From a virus (taxonomy: Duplodnaviria; Heunggongvirae; Uroviricota; Caudoviricetes): a DNA stretch of 64,000 bases. Made by a program: the position numbers and the translations under genes. Shown piece after piece: positions 28,619 to 38,875 of the stretch (within the stretch, counting starts at the first letter, position 1; each line of letters begins with the position of its first letter). The stretch lies in the IMG/VR virus record IMGVR_UViG_3300037424_001372, positions 64,001 through 128,000 of that record; one strand, written 5' to 3'. The notes under the pieces were generated by a model. That model did not search any database, was not told the DNA's origin, and saw only the letters and a list, made by a program, of their open reading frames with translations.

Positions 28619-31384
28619 ATGGCAGATTTCGTATTTACATCTCCGGGTGTTAAATTTAAAGAAAGAGATATTACTTTTGTAACACGTAATGTTGGTATCA
28701 CGACATTAGGATTAGCTGGTGAAACATTAAAAGGACCTGCTTTTGAACCGGTTTATATTCAAGACCAAACCCAATTTTTAAATAGATTTGGTGGACAAAG
28801 TATAAAAAGGTTTCAAAACGGTGAAAAAACATTACAATATCAATTACCTTATGTTGCAAATGCTTTTTTGGAAGAAGCTCAACAACTTTGGGTAACTAGA
28901 GTACTTGGACTTAGTGGATATAAGGCAGGTAAATCATGGAATATTTTATTAGATGCAGGTGTTGATTTATCTACATCAGGTGTTACAGGTTCTCCGGTAA
29001 CAACAACAGATATTCCATTTACCGGAGCAGCTTATTTAGGCGTTTCACTTAATGGTATTGGGGTTACTGGTTCAACCGCCACAGGATACACAAAAAATAA
29101 TAGTATTTTCTATCAAACAGTTCATGAATTCACTGCTACGACATATACTTCAGGTACTGGTACTGTTACTGATATAACAACAACATATTCAGCAAATTCA
29201 TTAACAGAATATGAAAATATGGTATTGGCCGTTATTAGAAGTAGGGCGGTTTCAAATATTCCGATAGATTCAATTGCAGTAACAACACCCATTACAACTG
29301 ATGTTGAAATTACTCAAAATGATACTTTAATTGATGCAGGTGATTTATTTGCGACAATTAAATTAGATGTTAATAATACTGATAATAGTTCGATATATTT
29401 TGGTACTAATGCAACATATTATGTATCATTAAATCCAAACGATTCCAACTATTTACCAAATGTTATAGGTCGTGAACCTAAAGATAAGAATACCATGATT
29501 TGGGTTCAAGCAATCTATCCAGATTTAATTAGAAAACTTGATGCCGATAGCATTGCATATGGTATTAAATCAGAAATGATTGAAACTGATGAAAATAATA
29601 CATATTTTGCGGATTATGAAGTTGGTTATCAAACACCTGAAACTCCTTGGGTAGTATCTCAATTAAAAGGTAATAGTGTTGATAAATTATTTAAATTTAT
29701 AAGTATTTCGGATGGAGATTCTGCTAATCAAGAAATCAAAATTAGTATTGCAAATATTGACCCATATTCATTAGAATTTGATGTGGTTATTCGTGATTTT
29801 TATGATACCGATGCAAATGTTTCTGTTTTAGAAACCTATACAAGATGTAATTTAACCAAAGGTAGTTCAAATTATATTGGTCAACGTATTGGTACTAGTG
29901 ATGGCGAATATAGTTTAATTAGTAAGTATATAATGGTAGAAGTTTCCGAAGAATTGGCTAATGATGTATACCCTGCCGGATTTGAGGGTTATTTGTTTAA
30001 CAATTATTCGACTGAAGTGACCGGTAGTGCTACTGAAGGTATTTGTCCCGAAATATTTTATAAAACTTCTTATGCCGATACTGATAAGTTAGTGAAAACA
30101 TATTTAGGTATTTCTGAATTAGCATATACTGGTAATGGTATTAATCAAAATTTTTTTAATTTTAATAACTATTATAATGGTCAAACCGCTAGTGGATTTA
30201 CTAAAACAAAAGGTTTTCACTTAGATTCTGGAGTAACTATTATTACTGGAAATACCGAATTTGTTGGTGGTGCAGCAGCATTTAATACTACTGTTGATAG
30301 TAATACCACTGGTCCATATTATAACATTAAATCAAGAAAATTTACATTAGTTCCAGCAGGTGGTTTCGATGGTTGGGATGTAAATAGAACTGAACGTTCT
30401 TATGGAGATGATTATGTTCAAGGTGGAAGGAGAAGTGGACACCCCGGTGAACCATTAGTTGTTCCGACAAATGATTTTCAGGCATGGGAAACAGCTATAG
30501 ATACTTTTGCTAATCCAGAGGATATTACTATTAACCTTTTCGCAACCCCCGGAATTGAGTGGGCTAATCAAACAACTTTAGTTCAAAATACTATTGATAT
30601 GATTGAACAACAAAGAACAGATACTCTATATGTTATTGATGCGCCTCAATTAAGCGAAGATTTTCTTTCAACAGTTGGTGATAGTGGTAAGGCAGATGTT
30701 TTAGCTGCCACAGAAATTGCCAATTTATTAGAAGATACATCGATAGATAGTAGTTATGCATGTACATACTATCCTTGGATTCAAATGCGCGATACTCAAA
30801 ACAATGTTAATGTTTATATTCCACCAACTGGTGAAGTGGTTAAAGCAATGGCATATACTGATAACGTATCATTCCCTTGGTTTGCAGTAGCTGGTCTTAA
30901 TCGTGGTGTTACTAACGCAAGAAAATCACAATTTAAACTTTCTTTGGATGCTCGTGATATTCTTTATGCCGGTCGTGTAAATCCTATGGCAGATTTTGCA
31001 AATACTGGAACTGCTATTTTTGGCCAGAAAACACTTCAAGTTAAAGAAACTGCACTTGATAGGATCAATGTTCGTAGATTATTATTGCAAATCAAAGTGT
31101 TGATTTCAAATATTGCAGTTAGATTGTTATTCGAACAAAATGACCAAGCGACTATCGACCAATTCTTAAATAAAGCAAATCCTATTCTTGATAGTATTAA
31201 ACGTGAGAGAGGTTTAACTGATTTTAGAATAAAAATGGATAGTAGTAATAACACCCCTGAAACTCGCGATAGAAACGAATTGTATGGTGAAATCTTCTTA
31301 AAACCAACTCGTTCGGTAGAATTTATTGGAATTACATTCACGATAACGCCATCAGGAGCAAATTTTGCTGATGCAGGTGCTTAA
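28619..31384 (+). CDS. Tail sheath protein (gp18-like)
   Basis: SPGV...E.D, G...KGPAF.P, YYPW, WFA.AG..RG, GQKTL, DRINVRRLL, LKPTRSVEFI.I.F. Confidence 0.96.
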   Translation: MADFVFTSPGVKFKERDITFVTRNVGITTLGLAGETLKGPAFEPVYIQDQTQFLNRFGGQSIKRFQNGEKTLQYQLPYVANAFLEEAQQLWVTRVLGLSGYKAGKSWNILLDAGVDLSTSGVTGSPVTTTDIPFTGAAYLGVSLNGIGVTGSTATGYTKNNSIFYQTVHEFTATTYTSGTGTVTDITTTYSANSLTEYENMVLAVIRSRAVSNIPIDSIAVTTPITTDVEITQNDTLIDAGDLFATIKLDVNNTDNSSIYFGTNATYYVSLNPNDSNYLPNVIGREPKDKNTMIWVQAIYPDLIRKLDADSIAYGIKSEMIETDENNTYFADYEVGYQTPETPWVVSQLKGNSVDKLFKFISISDGDSANQEIKISIANIDPYSLEFDVVIRDFYDTDANVSVLETYTRCNLTKGSSNYIGQRIGTSDGEYSLISKYIMVEVSEELANDVYPAGFEGYLFNNYSTEVTGSATEGICPEIFYKTSYADTDKLVKTYLGISELAYTGNGINQNFFNFNNYYNGQTASGFTKTKGFHLDSGVTIITGNTEFVGGAAAFNTTVDSNTTGPYYNIKSRKFTLVPAGGFDGWDVNRTERSYGDDYVQGGRRSGHPGEPLVVPTNDFQAWETAIDTFANPEDITINLFATPGIEWANQTTLVQNTIDMIEQQRTDTLYVIDAPQLSEDFLSTVGDSGKADVLAATEIANLLEDTSIDSSYACTYYPWIQMRDTQNNVNVYIPPTGEVVKAMAYTDNVSFPWFAVAGLNRGVTNARKSQFKLSLDARDILYAGRVNPMADFANTGTAIFGQKTLQVKETALDRINVRRLLLQIKVLISNIAVRLLFEQNDQATIDQFLNKANPILDSIKRERGLTDFRIKMDSSNNTPETRDRNELYGEIFLKPTRSVEFIGITFTITPSGANFADAGA

Positions 31385-31392
31385 CATAAAAC

Positions 31393-31429
31393 AAAAAAAA
31401 TGCGATATATTTAATATCGCATTTTTTTT
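31393..31429. terminator. Bidirectional rho-independent terminator
   Basis: A8-TGCGATAT-loop-ATATCGCA-T8. Confidence 0.85.
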
Positions 31430-31431
31430 AT

Positions 31432-32973
31432 CTATAATATTAATTCATATTTAAAATTACCACAATCATAAATTCTAGGTATTTTTCTATCTAACATTAT
31501 TTCATGTTCGGATTTATTTAAATCAAAGCCCTCTTGAATTAAGTTACTTTTTCTAAAATTAAATCGATGTTTACGTTGTTTATTTATTACATAAAAATAA
31601 TTTGGTGGTGTAATCTTTGTTTGTTTAAAATTTAATTTTTCATATAAATTACCGTTTGAATATCTTCTATTCGCATATGTAATAATTTTATTTGGTTTAT
31701 TTTTTTTTATAAAAAAATCTAATAATTTAGATGCTCCTCCAATAACAGAAGTATTTAACTTATTACAAAATCTCAATAATTCATAATCATTTAAATTTGA
31801 TTTTGAGCCTAAAATATTTCTTAAATTACCGAAAGTCATTATCGAAACTAATTCATTATTATATAATAATCCAATATTATATTTACCATTAACATTTCCT
31901 TGAATATGATTTTTTTCTAAAAAATCTTTGGTAGTAATATTATCGATATAAGTGATTTCACATTTTCGGGCAAATATTTTAATTTTTGTTAAATTTAATT
32001 TATTTAATATTATGGATTCAACAATATTAAATTTTTCAATAATTTCGTCTTCAAAAAATTGTAATAAATCATAATTAATGTCATTACATTTATTTAGTTT
32101 ATTTATATGATAATGTTTATCAACATAATATTCTGAATGCCAATGTAATCCATTAATTTCAATTCCAATATTTTTTTCAGGAATTAAAATATCGATTTCA
32201 AGATTTTTTAACAGTTTTCTATCATTAGCAATATAATTCACATTATTAATATTAAGAAAATTACCTATTTTTAATTCTAATGTTGATTTGGGTGCAGAAA
32301 CCGGTAATAATATTGTCGATAATTCAACATTATGATTTAAACGATTAACTAATAACTTTCTATGATTTTCAAAAATATGTCCATCTGGATGTTGAATTTT
32401 AATATTATCATTATTAAAGTCAATTATTTTATAATTGATTTCTGCAAACCTTTGTATTAGATTTAAATTTCTTTTATTAATTATTGTTGCACGTGCTTTT
32501 TTTATTGAATCATGATTATTGTGTTTTATTTTATTTTGAATCGATTTTAATTTAAACAATGAATCAACACCATATTTTAACATCAAAGATTCTTTGCTTT
32601 TTTGTATTCTATTATTTTTATTTTCAATATTATTATTCCAAATATTCCTACATAAAATTGAACAAAATTTTTTATCGTATTTTATCCTTTCTTTAAATTC
32701 ATTTCCACATATTAAACAAATTCTATTCTCAGTACTATTAACATGTTTAGCCTCTCCAGAACATTTATATGAACAATATTTTTTATTTTCTTTTATTTTA
32801 GATTTAAACAATTTACTACAATTTTGACATTCTTTCATTTCAAAGAAAATTTCGTCTTTTTTTAATCTAAATTGTTTTTTACATTCATTAGAACAAGTTT
32901 TTTTTTCTTTTCCTTTTCTAACTTCAAAAGATTTGCCACAATTTTCACATATCATATTTACAATAACTGCCAT
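31432..32973 (-). CDS. Hef-like endonuclease/Mom-like GNAT fusion with three CxxC...CSxxC zinc modules
   Basis: CENC/CQNC/CLIC modules, one KYGV unit, EIDILIP..GIEINGLHWH..FFEDE, HIQG, ELLRFC, GGASKLL, YANRRYS, YDCG. Confidence 0.75.
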   Translation of the reverse strand: MAVIVNMICENCGKSFEVRKGKEKKTCSNECKKQFRLKKDEIFFEMKECQNCSKLFKSKIKENKKYCSYKCSGEAKHVNSTENRICLICGNEFKERIKYDKKFCSILCRNIWNNNIENKNNRIQKSKESLMLKYGVDSLFKLKSIQNKIKHNNHDSIKKARATIINKRNLNLIQRFAEINYKIIDFNNDNIKIQHPDGHIFENHRKLLVNRLNHNVELSTILLPVSAPKSTLELKIGNFLNINNVNYIANDRKLLKNLEIDILIPEKNIGIEINGLHWHSEYYVDKHYHINKLNKCNDINYDLLQFFEDEIIEKFNIVESIILNKLNLTKIKIFARKCEITYIDNITTKDFLEKNHIQGNVNGKYNIGLLYNNELVSIMTFGNLRNILGSKSNLNDYELLRFCNKLNTSVIGGASKLLDFFIKKNKPNKIITYANRRYSNGNLYEKLNFKQTKITPPNYFYVINKQRKHRFNFRKSNLIQEGFDLNKSEHEIMLDRKIPRIYDCGNFKYELIL

Positions 32974-33091
32974 TTTGATGAAATTTAATTTAATGTTATT
33001 AGTTACACATAATTACTAATTAAATTTATAATTGTTTCATTTTTTTATTATTTATTTAATTATTTAGTATTTATAATAAAACCATAATAAA

Positions 33092-33298
33092 ATGAGTGAA
33101 AAAAATATTTTAAATCAAGTCAGTAAACTAATTGTAGGTACAAGTAATAATAAAATTATTCCTGCAACTGAAACAAAATCAGAAGAAATAATTTCTTTAA
33201 TTAAACAAATTGATGAACCTAAAAAAGTTAAAACATTATCAGAATTAACAGAAAAAGAACTTAGGCATTATAAAAGAACAGGTTTATTACCACAATAA
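33092..33298 (+). CDS. Small hypothetical late protein
   Basis: ATG 16 nt downstream of TAGTATTTATA (33065-33075). Confidence 0.6.
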   Translation: MSEKNILNQVSKLIVGTSNNKIIPATETKSEEIISLIKQIDEPKKVKTLSELTEKELRHYKRTGLLPQ

Positions 33299-33359
33299 TT
33301 TTAAATGTGTAAGTATTTATAATAAATAAACTGAAAACATATTATCAAAATAAAATAAA

Positions 33360-33857
33360 ATGGCAGCAGAAGAAACTATGATTAGAACGATGCCGTTCGA
33401 TTATGAACCAAAAAGAACGAATCGATTTTTTGCAGTATTCGATGATTCTTTAGGTATTCAAGTTTGGAAAGTTCAAAAATTCAAAAGACCGTCAATGAAA
33501 ATAAATTCAGTTCCTATTCAATATATGAATGAACAGAATTATGTGGCTGGTCGATATACTTGGGATACGATGTCAATAACTTTTCTTGACCCGATAGGTC
33601 CTTCAACCTCACAACAATTAATGGAATGGGTTCGTTTACATGCGGAATCACTTACAGGTCGTATGGGTTATGCTGCGGGTTATAAAAAAGACATTGTGTT
33701 AAAATCTCTTGACCCAACAGGTGTTGAAGTTGAAAAATGGTTTTTAGAACAATGTATGATTACAAGCATTGACTTTGGTGAAAATGATTATGGTAATGAT
33801 GAGTTAACTAATGTCAGTTTAGAAATCCAGCCGTGGAGGTGCGTACTTAACGTATAA
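33360..33857 (+). CDS. Tail tube protein (gp19-like)
   Basis: EPKR.NRF, RP, Y.AGR..W, DPI.PS..Q..MEW.R, GY...YKKD, DPTG..VEKW. Confidence 0.9.
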   Translation: MAAEETMIRTMPFDYEPKRTNRFFAVFDDSLGIQVWKVQKFKRPSMKINSVPIQYMNEQNYVAGRYTWDTMSITFLDPIGPSTSQQLMEWVRLHAESLTGRMGYAAGYKKDIVLKSLDPTGVEVEKWFLEQCMITSIDFGENDYGNDELTNVSLEIQPWRCVLNV

Positions 33858-33938
33858 TTATCTGAAAATTATTATGTCAAACAAGCTACAATTAATTTAA
33901 CAAATAATAGAAAATGTTGAAATTATATTTAATACAAT

Positions 33939-33968
33939 AAAAGGCTATTCGTTTGAATGGCCTTTTTT
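33939..33968. terminator. Terminator hairpin
   Basis: AAAAGGCTATTC-GTTT-GAATGGCCTTTT plus a T-run. Confidence 0.75.
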
Positions 33969-34335
33969 ATTTTAATAAATCATCACAATCAAATCTCCAA
34001 AATTTATTGCCAAAATGAGTAATACCTTTTGTATCAGTATTTTCATTAATTTTTTTTATTTCAGTCCAATCATCATCTAAATGCCAAATAAAATCTTTAT
34101 TTAAAAAGAAAGTAAATTTAGATTTTAAATTAAGAAAAATTACTTGATTTTTGGGTATGTTTAAATATTTAACTACTTGCCACAAATCAAGATTCCTGCT
34201 TTTATTAGGAGCATCTTCATCACAAGGTCTTTGTGTACAAATCCAAACATCAATACCTTGATTAATTAATTCTTTAGCATAAGTCTTAATAGTTATTATA
34301 TCAAGAGTATTATCGAAATCAAAACATACTTTCAT
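33967..34335 (-). CDS. HAD-superfamily hydrolase
   Basis: FDFDNTL, WICT.R, K, HLDDD motifs. Confidence 0.8.
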   Translation of the reverse strand: MKVCFDFDNTLDIITIKTYAKELINQGIDVWICTQRPCDEDAPNKSRNLDLWQVVKYLNIPKNQVIFLNLKSKFTFFLNKDFIWHLDDDWTEIKKINENTDTKGITHFGNKFWRFDCDDLLK

Positions 34336-34388
34336 ATTATGAAATTCAGAACGGTGTCAATATTCATAACGACAAATATACGAAAGAT

Positions 34389-35276
34389 TTAGTTAATAAC
34401 AATATTCTTTTGCATAATCTGTTCAAATCGGATATTTTCAAGTTTATTAATTATTGAAGTTTTATCTGCTGGTAATCCCGAATAACCGTGAATATGTGCA
34501 ATTAACGCTGTTCTAATAATTTCAAGAGCTTCTACCAATACATCAGCACGAGCAATTGGATGACCTTCTTCAAATATTCGTTCTCTATCTTTAGGTGTTA
34601 ATCTTGCTGATTTAAAATTAGGTTTACCGTCATGACTAATTATAGCAATTTTATCGCTTTGAATGATGGTATTGCTATAATAATCTTTATTATCATATGG
34701 TTCATAAACCATATGTATAGATGCAGGATTAGTTGTATTTAATTTTAAAATATCATTATTTTCATGTTTACCTGCTCTAATATGAATTTCATTTAATCTT
34801 AAAATAATATCGGTATTAACTTTACCAATGATTGCAACATCTGTTTTTAATGGAAACACACCATCCGCATCAGGATATGTACTTGGAGCTTTTTCGGGAT
34901 TAGTTAATCCTAAATTAGTTGTTGATAATGCAGTGAATTTACCATCATATCCAATTTTTTGTGGTTGCGAAATAACACTACCTAACCAAAATCGACTTCT
35001 ATATGGAAATTTATTATCTTCAACCAAAACCCTAACAATTTCACCTATCTGAGGCATTACATGGAAAAATTTAGGTAAAAAGGGATAACATAATGGTAAA
35101 TCAGTATCATTAGTACGATTATCTAATTCGGCAATTCTAACTTTAATATTACCACCATCAGTATTATCTGTTATATCAATAACTTCCCCATAAAATATTG
35201 TTCTATTTCTGACAATACTAGTACTTTCAGGTTTATAAGGATTACTCCTTTGTATTATAGGTTTATCAAATGACAT
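34389..35276 (-). CDS. Baseplate central spike, gp5/gpV-like OB-fold
   Basis: GEV.DI.D...G.IKVRI, P.IGE.V.V, RFWLG; C-terminal HIH metal-binding motif. Confidence 0.7.
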   Translation of the reverse strand: MSFDKPIIQRSNPYKPESTSIVRNRTIFYGEVIDITDNTDGGNIKVRIAELDNRTNDTDLPLCYPFLPKFFHVMPQIGEIVRVLVEDNKFPYRSRFWLGSVISQPQKIGYDGKFTALSTTNLGLTNPEKAPSTYPDADGVFPLKTDVAIIGKVNTDIILRLNEIHIRAGKHENNDILKLNTTNPASIHMVYEPYDNKDYYSNTIIQSDKIAIISHDGKPNFKSARLTPKDRERIFEEGHPIARADVLVEALEIIRTALIAHIHGYSGLPADKTSIINKLENIRFEQIMQKNIVIN

Positions 35277-35479
35277 TATTCCACTAATTTTTCAACAATT
35301 TCAACATAATTTTCTTCAAGTTTTTTTAATTCTTGAACTTTATCGTTCAACATATTTTCAAGTACTTCCATATCATGACTTAAATCAATAATTTCTTGTC
35401 TAACACCATCATGTTTAGATTTTATATCATTACCCATTTTTTGAAGTTCAATCAGCGTATATTTACTTAAATCATTCAT
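35276..35479 (-). CDS. Small coiled-coil protein
   Basis: Start/stop overlaps with both neighbours. Confidence 0.6.
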   Translation of the reverse strand: MNDLSKYTLIELQKMGNDIKSKHDGVRQEIIDLSHDMEVLENMLNDKVQELKKLEENYVEIVEKLVE

Positions 35480-35886
35480 TATTGTGCTACTCCATAACCT
35501 TTTATAAATGTTATTGTTGAACCAAATACTGTAACAGGTCCTGATGGAGAAGTTCCTGCTGCAGTAAGTGTGATTCCCGGAGGTACTGCAATACTAATAA
35601 TCATTTCTTGTTGAATAGCTTTTATGATTTCTTCAATACGTATTCTTTCCATAATTTCATCAGGATTTGTTTCACCCGATGGTAATGCTCCAACAGGTAA
35701 TCCTGCTTCAGATTTTCTACTAATAATTCTTGAAGCAATTTTTGTTGGTGATAACCCTGAACGCTGTGGTACACCAACTAATATAAGAGGTGTTGGTACA
35801 GGTGGGGGACCACCTACAGAAGATAAACTAAGTACTTTCGTAAATCCACCAATTATTGATTCAATATTATTGAAATTAATTGCCAT
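35479..35886 (-). CDS. Putative baseplate/spike-associated protein
   Basis: Pro/Gly-rich, C-terminal beta-rich PGI...A.G....GPV.V.G; coupled operon. Confidence 0.5.
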   Translation of the reverse strand: MAINFNNIESIIGGFTKVLSLSSVGGPPPVPTPLILVGVPQRSGLSPTKIASRIISRKSEAGLPVGALPSGETNPDEIMERIRIEEIIKAIQQEMIISIAVPPGITLTAAGTSPSGPVTVFGSTITFIKGYGVAQ

Positions 35887-36062
35887 TACTTATTTTTTAA
35901 ATCTTTAATACTAATCCATATCCAACCTAAAAACAATTCAATACATATTCTTCTAAACCAATTTGGTTTAGAAGTAGTTGCTAATTGAGTACCTTCCTTA
36001 TCACCATTATCGATAAGGTAAACTCCAATAAATTGTTTATTTAATTTTTGATCTACTATCAT
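35886..36062 (-). CDS. 58-aa hypothetical protein (absent from the ORF track)
   Basis: MIVDQKLNKQFIGVYLID...KPNWFRRICIELFLGWIW...; fills the gap with a TAATG overlap. Confidence 0.6.
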   Translation of the reverse strand: MIVDQKLNKQFIGVYLIDNGDKEGTQLATTSKPNWFRRICIELFLGWIWISIKDLKNK

Positions 36063-36078
36063 AATAATATATTTTAAT

Positions 36079-37410
36079 TTAAATTAATTTATTTGCACCA
36101 ACTAAACTTTTTAATATTCCTAAATATTGATTTATTTTTTCTTTAATAACCCTTTTTATTACAGGTGTTAATAATTTCATTAAATATCCAACTGTAATAT
36201 TAAAAATAAATTCAGAAATGTTGGCCGAAATTTCTTTAGCAACACAATTAATAAAAACATCAAATTTTTTCATATCCTCATCAGGGCTACTTATTGAAGT
36301 AATACCATCGTTTTGAAACGAACTCATTAATGCAAATAATGTTCTGACTTGTGGTGTTGATATAGATTGTTCAATCATTTTTATTGTAAATAAATTAATA
36401 ATTCCCTGAAAGAAGCTATCTTTAATAGTTTCTTTATTTTCAATGGTATTATCTATACTGTTAGTATCTCCACTAGTACTTTGATTAATAGTATTACCAA
36501 TTTGATTTCCAATCAAAAATGGGTCGGTTGTCCCAGATATTGTTGTAATTAAATTATTAAAATCATTAAAACTTAATTCGGCAGCCATTAAACCACACCC
36601 TAAATCATAATTGATAATTCCTGTTGATAATTCTTGAGCTTTAGTTAATAAATTATTATATTCGTCAGAAGGTATATTATAAGCATCTTCTTCATCATTA
36701 AGTACTCGTTCAATAATAATATCTACTTTAAGTTCGTTATATATTTGGTCAACAGTTTTTTCTTGATTACTAGACAGCGTACCATAAAAAGCATCCATCA
36801 CAGTAGTCATAATTTCTTTTTTATTTAAAATTTCAGTATTGTTTATATATGTTTCAAAATATTCACCAATAGTTGGATTAGTATTATCTATATTTGGTAT
36901 GATTTGTATTGAATCATTTGATTCTATATATTTAATGGACATATTATTATATATCTCATAACCACCATTATTTAATATAGCATCATATGAAGTCTTATCA
37001 AAACTTTTTTTTGTAGAATCATATAACATACTACCGGTATCCGAATCAGGATTAATTTTTAATTTTCCTTTATAGTCAATATCTTTTACAGGTAATGATA
37101 TTCCAGAATTTTTAAAACTAGTCGGTAAAGCATCACTAGCATTTGTTTGAATTAACTGTTTTTTTAAAGCTTCCTTAATTTTAGGTTCTGAATTTTCTAT
37201 TAAAGTTGTGAACATAGCTCCAATAAGTTCGACTAAAGCAGTACTTCCTGCAACAGTTTTTAAAATATCCAATAAAAAAGATGTGGTATCATTTTTATTA
37301 TTAATTGATGAAAATGAATCAATTTTACGTGACGATTTTTTTAATTCTTTTAATGAATTATATGAACCAATGGTTGTGAAAACATTTCGTTTATCGTCTG
37401 CAATACTCAT
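36079..37410 (-). CDS. Hypothetical (probably virion) protein
   Basis: 443-aa ORF in the late-motif operon leading to the spike gene. Confidence 0.55.
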   Translation of the reverse strand: MSIADDKRNVFTTIGSYNSLKELKKSSRKIDSFSSINNKNDTTSFLLDILKTVAGSTALVELIGAMFTTLIENSEPKIKEALKKQLIQTNASDALPTSFKNSGISLPVKDIDYKGKLKINPDSDTGSMLYDSTKKSFDKTSYDAILNNGGYEIYNNMSIKYIESNDSIQIIPNIDNTNPTIGEYFETYINNTEILNKKEIMTTVMDAFYGTLSSNQEKTVDQIYNELKVDIIIERVLNDEEDAYNIPSDEYNNLLTKAQELSTGIINYDLGCGLMAAELSFNDFNNLITTISGTTDPFLIGNQIGNTINQSTSGDTNSIDNTIENKETIKDSFFQGIINLFTIKMIEQSISTPQVRTLFALMSSFQNDGITSISSPDEDMKKFDVFINCVAKEISANISEFIFNITVGYLMKLLTPVIKRVIKEKINQYLGILKSLVGANKLI

Positions 37411-37416
37411 TTAATA

Positions 37417-37803
37417 TTAATTTTTAAATTTCTTTTTTTCTAATTCATTTTGAACCATTGACAATAATTCATTTCTTCTATCAGTACTAACATCACCGGA
37501 TGATTCACCACTATTATTGGTATTTGAATTATTGGGGTTATTGTTGGTACCATCAAAAACAACCTCTTTTAAATACTTTAACAACATTATTTTTTGATCT
37601 TGGTTTTTAGCTGCTGCTGCAATTAATTTAACAACTTGATCGCCAATAGCTGCGATCTCACCACCTTCTTTAACTTTATTTTCCCATTTAGTAAATAGTC
37701 TTGTAATAATTGCTTTAATGTTATGAGATTCATTGTAAATTTCTTGTAATAATTCATTTACACTATGTTCATCAAACATTATTTTTTTTCGGGTTGGTCT
37801 CAT
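37417..37803 (-). CDS. Hypothetical helical protein
   Basis: ATG ORF downstream of the late motif at 37908-37918. Confidence 0.6.
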   Translation of the reverse strand: MRPTRKKIMFDEHSVNELLQEIYNESHNIKAIITRLFTKWENKVKEGGEIAAIGDQVVKLIAAAAKNQDQKIMLLKYLKEVVFDGTNNNPNNSNTNNSGESSGDVSTDRRNELLSMVQNELEKKKFKN

Positions 37804-37993
37804 ATGTTAAAATTTATTTCCTTTTGTTTATTATCTATAGTAAATTCAGAATACTCTTTTTTAAAATTACAACAAATACAAATTTTCATTTCAATTGTTT
37901 TAGTACATATAAATACTATTTAATTATTTTTATTAAAAATGATTAAATGTGTTGCTTAATATTGATTGTTTTAATAATAGTTAAATAAAAATA

Positions 37994-38848
37994 TTAATCA
38001 TCTAAACATTCTAATTTTTTAAGAAGATAAATATCTTTAAATGGTTTAATCCCTACTCTAATTTCTTTTGTGGTCAGCCCTGTTTGTTCTTTCAAATAAA
38101 ATAAAATTTTATTTTTAGCAAATTTATTAGTAACTTTTTTATCGTATTTTCCTTCGGAAGTATCTTCCATGAATAAAACTTCCCAATTTTTTAAAACATT
38201 AACAATCGCATATCCAACGAGAGATTCGTTCTTTTTTATCAATAAATCATTTTCAATACGTTCTTCAATTTTATTAGCAATATCTACAATTAATTTTTCT
38301 AATTTAAATTGATTTTCAAATTCGATTTCATATGTAAAATCATTAATATCATTAATTTCATCAAGATATTCATCAAAATTTAAATTAATTTTCTTCTCAA
38401 TATAACTTTTTTTACTATGATCTTTATAGTGATTTCTTATAATGGTTTGACAATAACTAAATGCACTTGCATAAAATATCCTATAATCATCATTATTGAT
38501 TATTTTAAGTGAATCCTGAGCATCAATTATATTAAAAAATCTATAATCATTACCCATCCTAACCCATTTATTATTACCAACATTTTGTTCAATAATATAT
38601 GGTCTATATTTAACAATATTTTCAATCAAATGAGTTAATGCATTTGATTCAACCACATTCATATCGTAATTACCGATATGAATGGGGTATTTCCTTAATA
38701 TTGATTCGATCATTATTCGAAATGGTTTAATCAATATTTCGTTATATATCTTATTTTTTTCTTCAAATAAATCAGATTTAATGTAATCTAAAACTGCTTG
38801 TTCTTCGCGTTCTGCAAAATATTGTAATGTAATCTCACTTTTTATCAT
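37994..38848 (-). CDS. Phage sigma factor for late transcription, gp55-like
   Basis: YF...EE.AV..Y, PF..MIESI, KYRP...AFSY..TI.RN resemble the sigma region-2 core of gp55-like factors. Confidence 0.6.
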   Translation of the reverse strand: MIKSEITLQYFAEREEQAVLDYIKSDLFEEKNKIYNEILIKPFRIMIESILRKYPIHIGNYDMNVVESNALTHLIENIVKYRPYIIEQNVGNNKWVRMGNDYRFFNIIDAQDSLKIINNDDYRIFYASAFSYCQTIIRNHYKDHSKKSYIEKKINLNFDEYLDEINDINDFTYEIEFENQFKLEKLIVDIANKIEERIENDLLIKKNESLVGYAIVNVLKNWEVLFMEDTSEGKYDKKVTNKFAKNKILFYLKEQTGLTTKEIRVGIKPFKDIYLLKKLECLDD

Positions 38849-38875
38849 TATTCATAACATCAAACAATAAAATTA

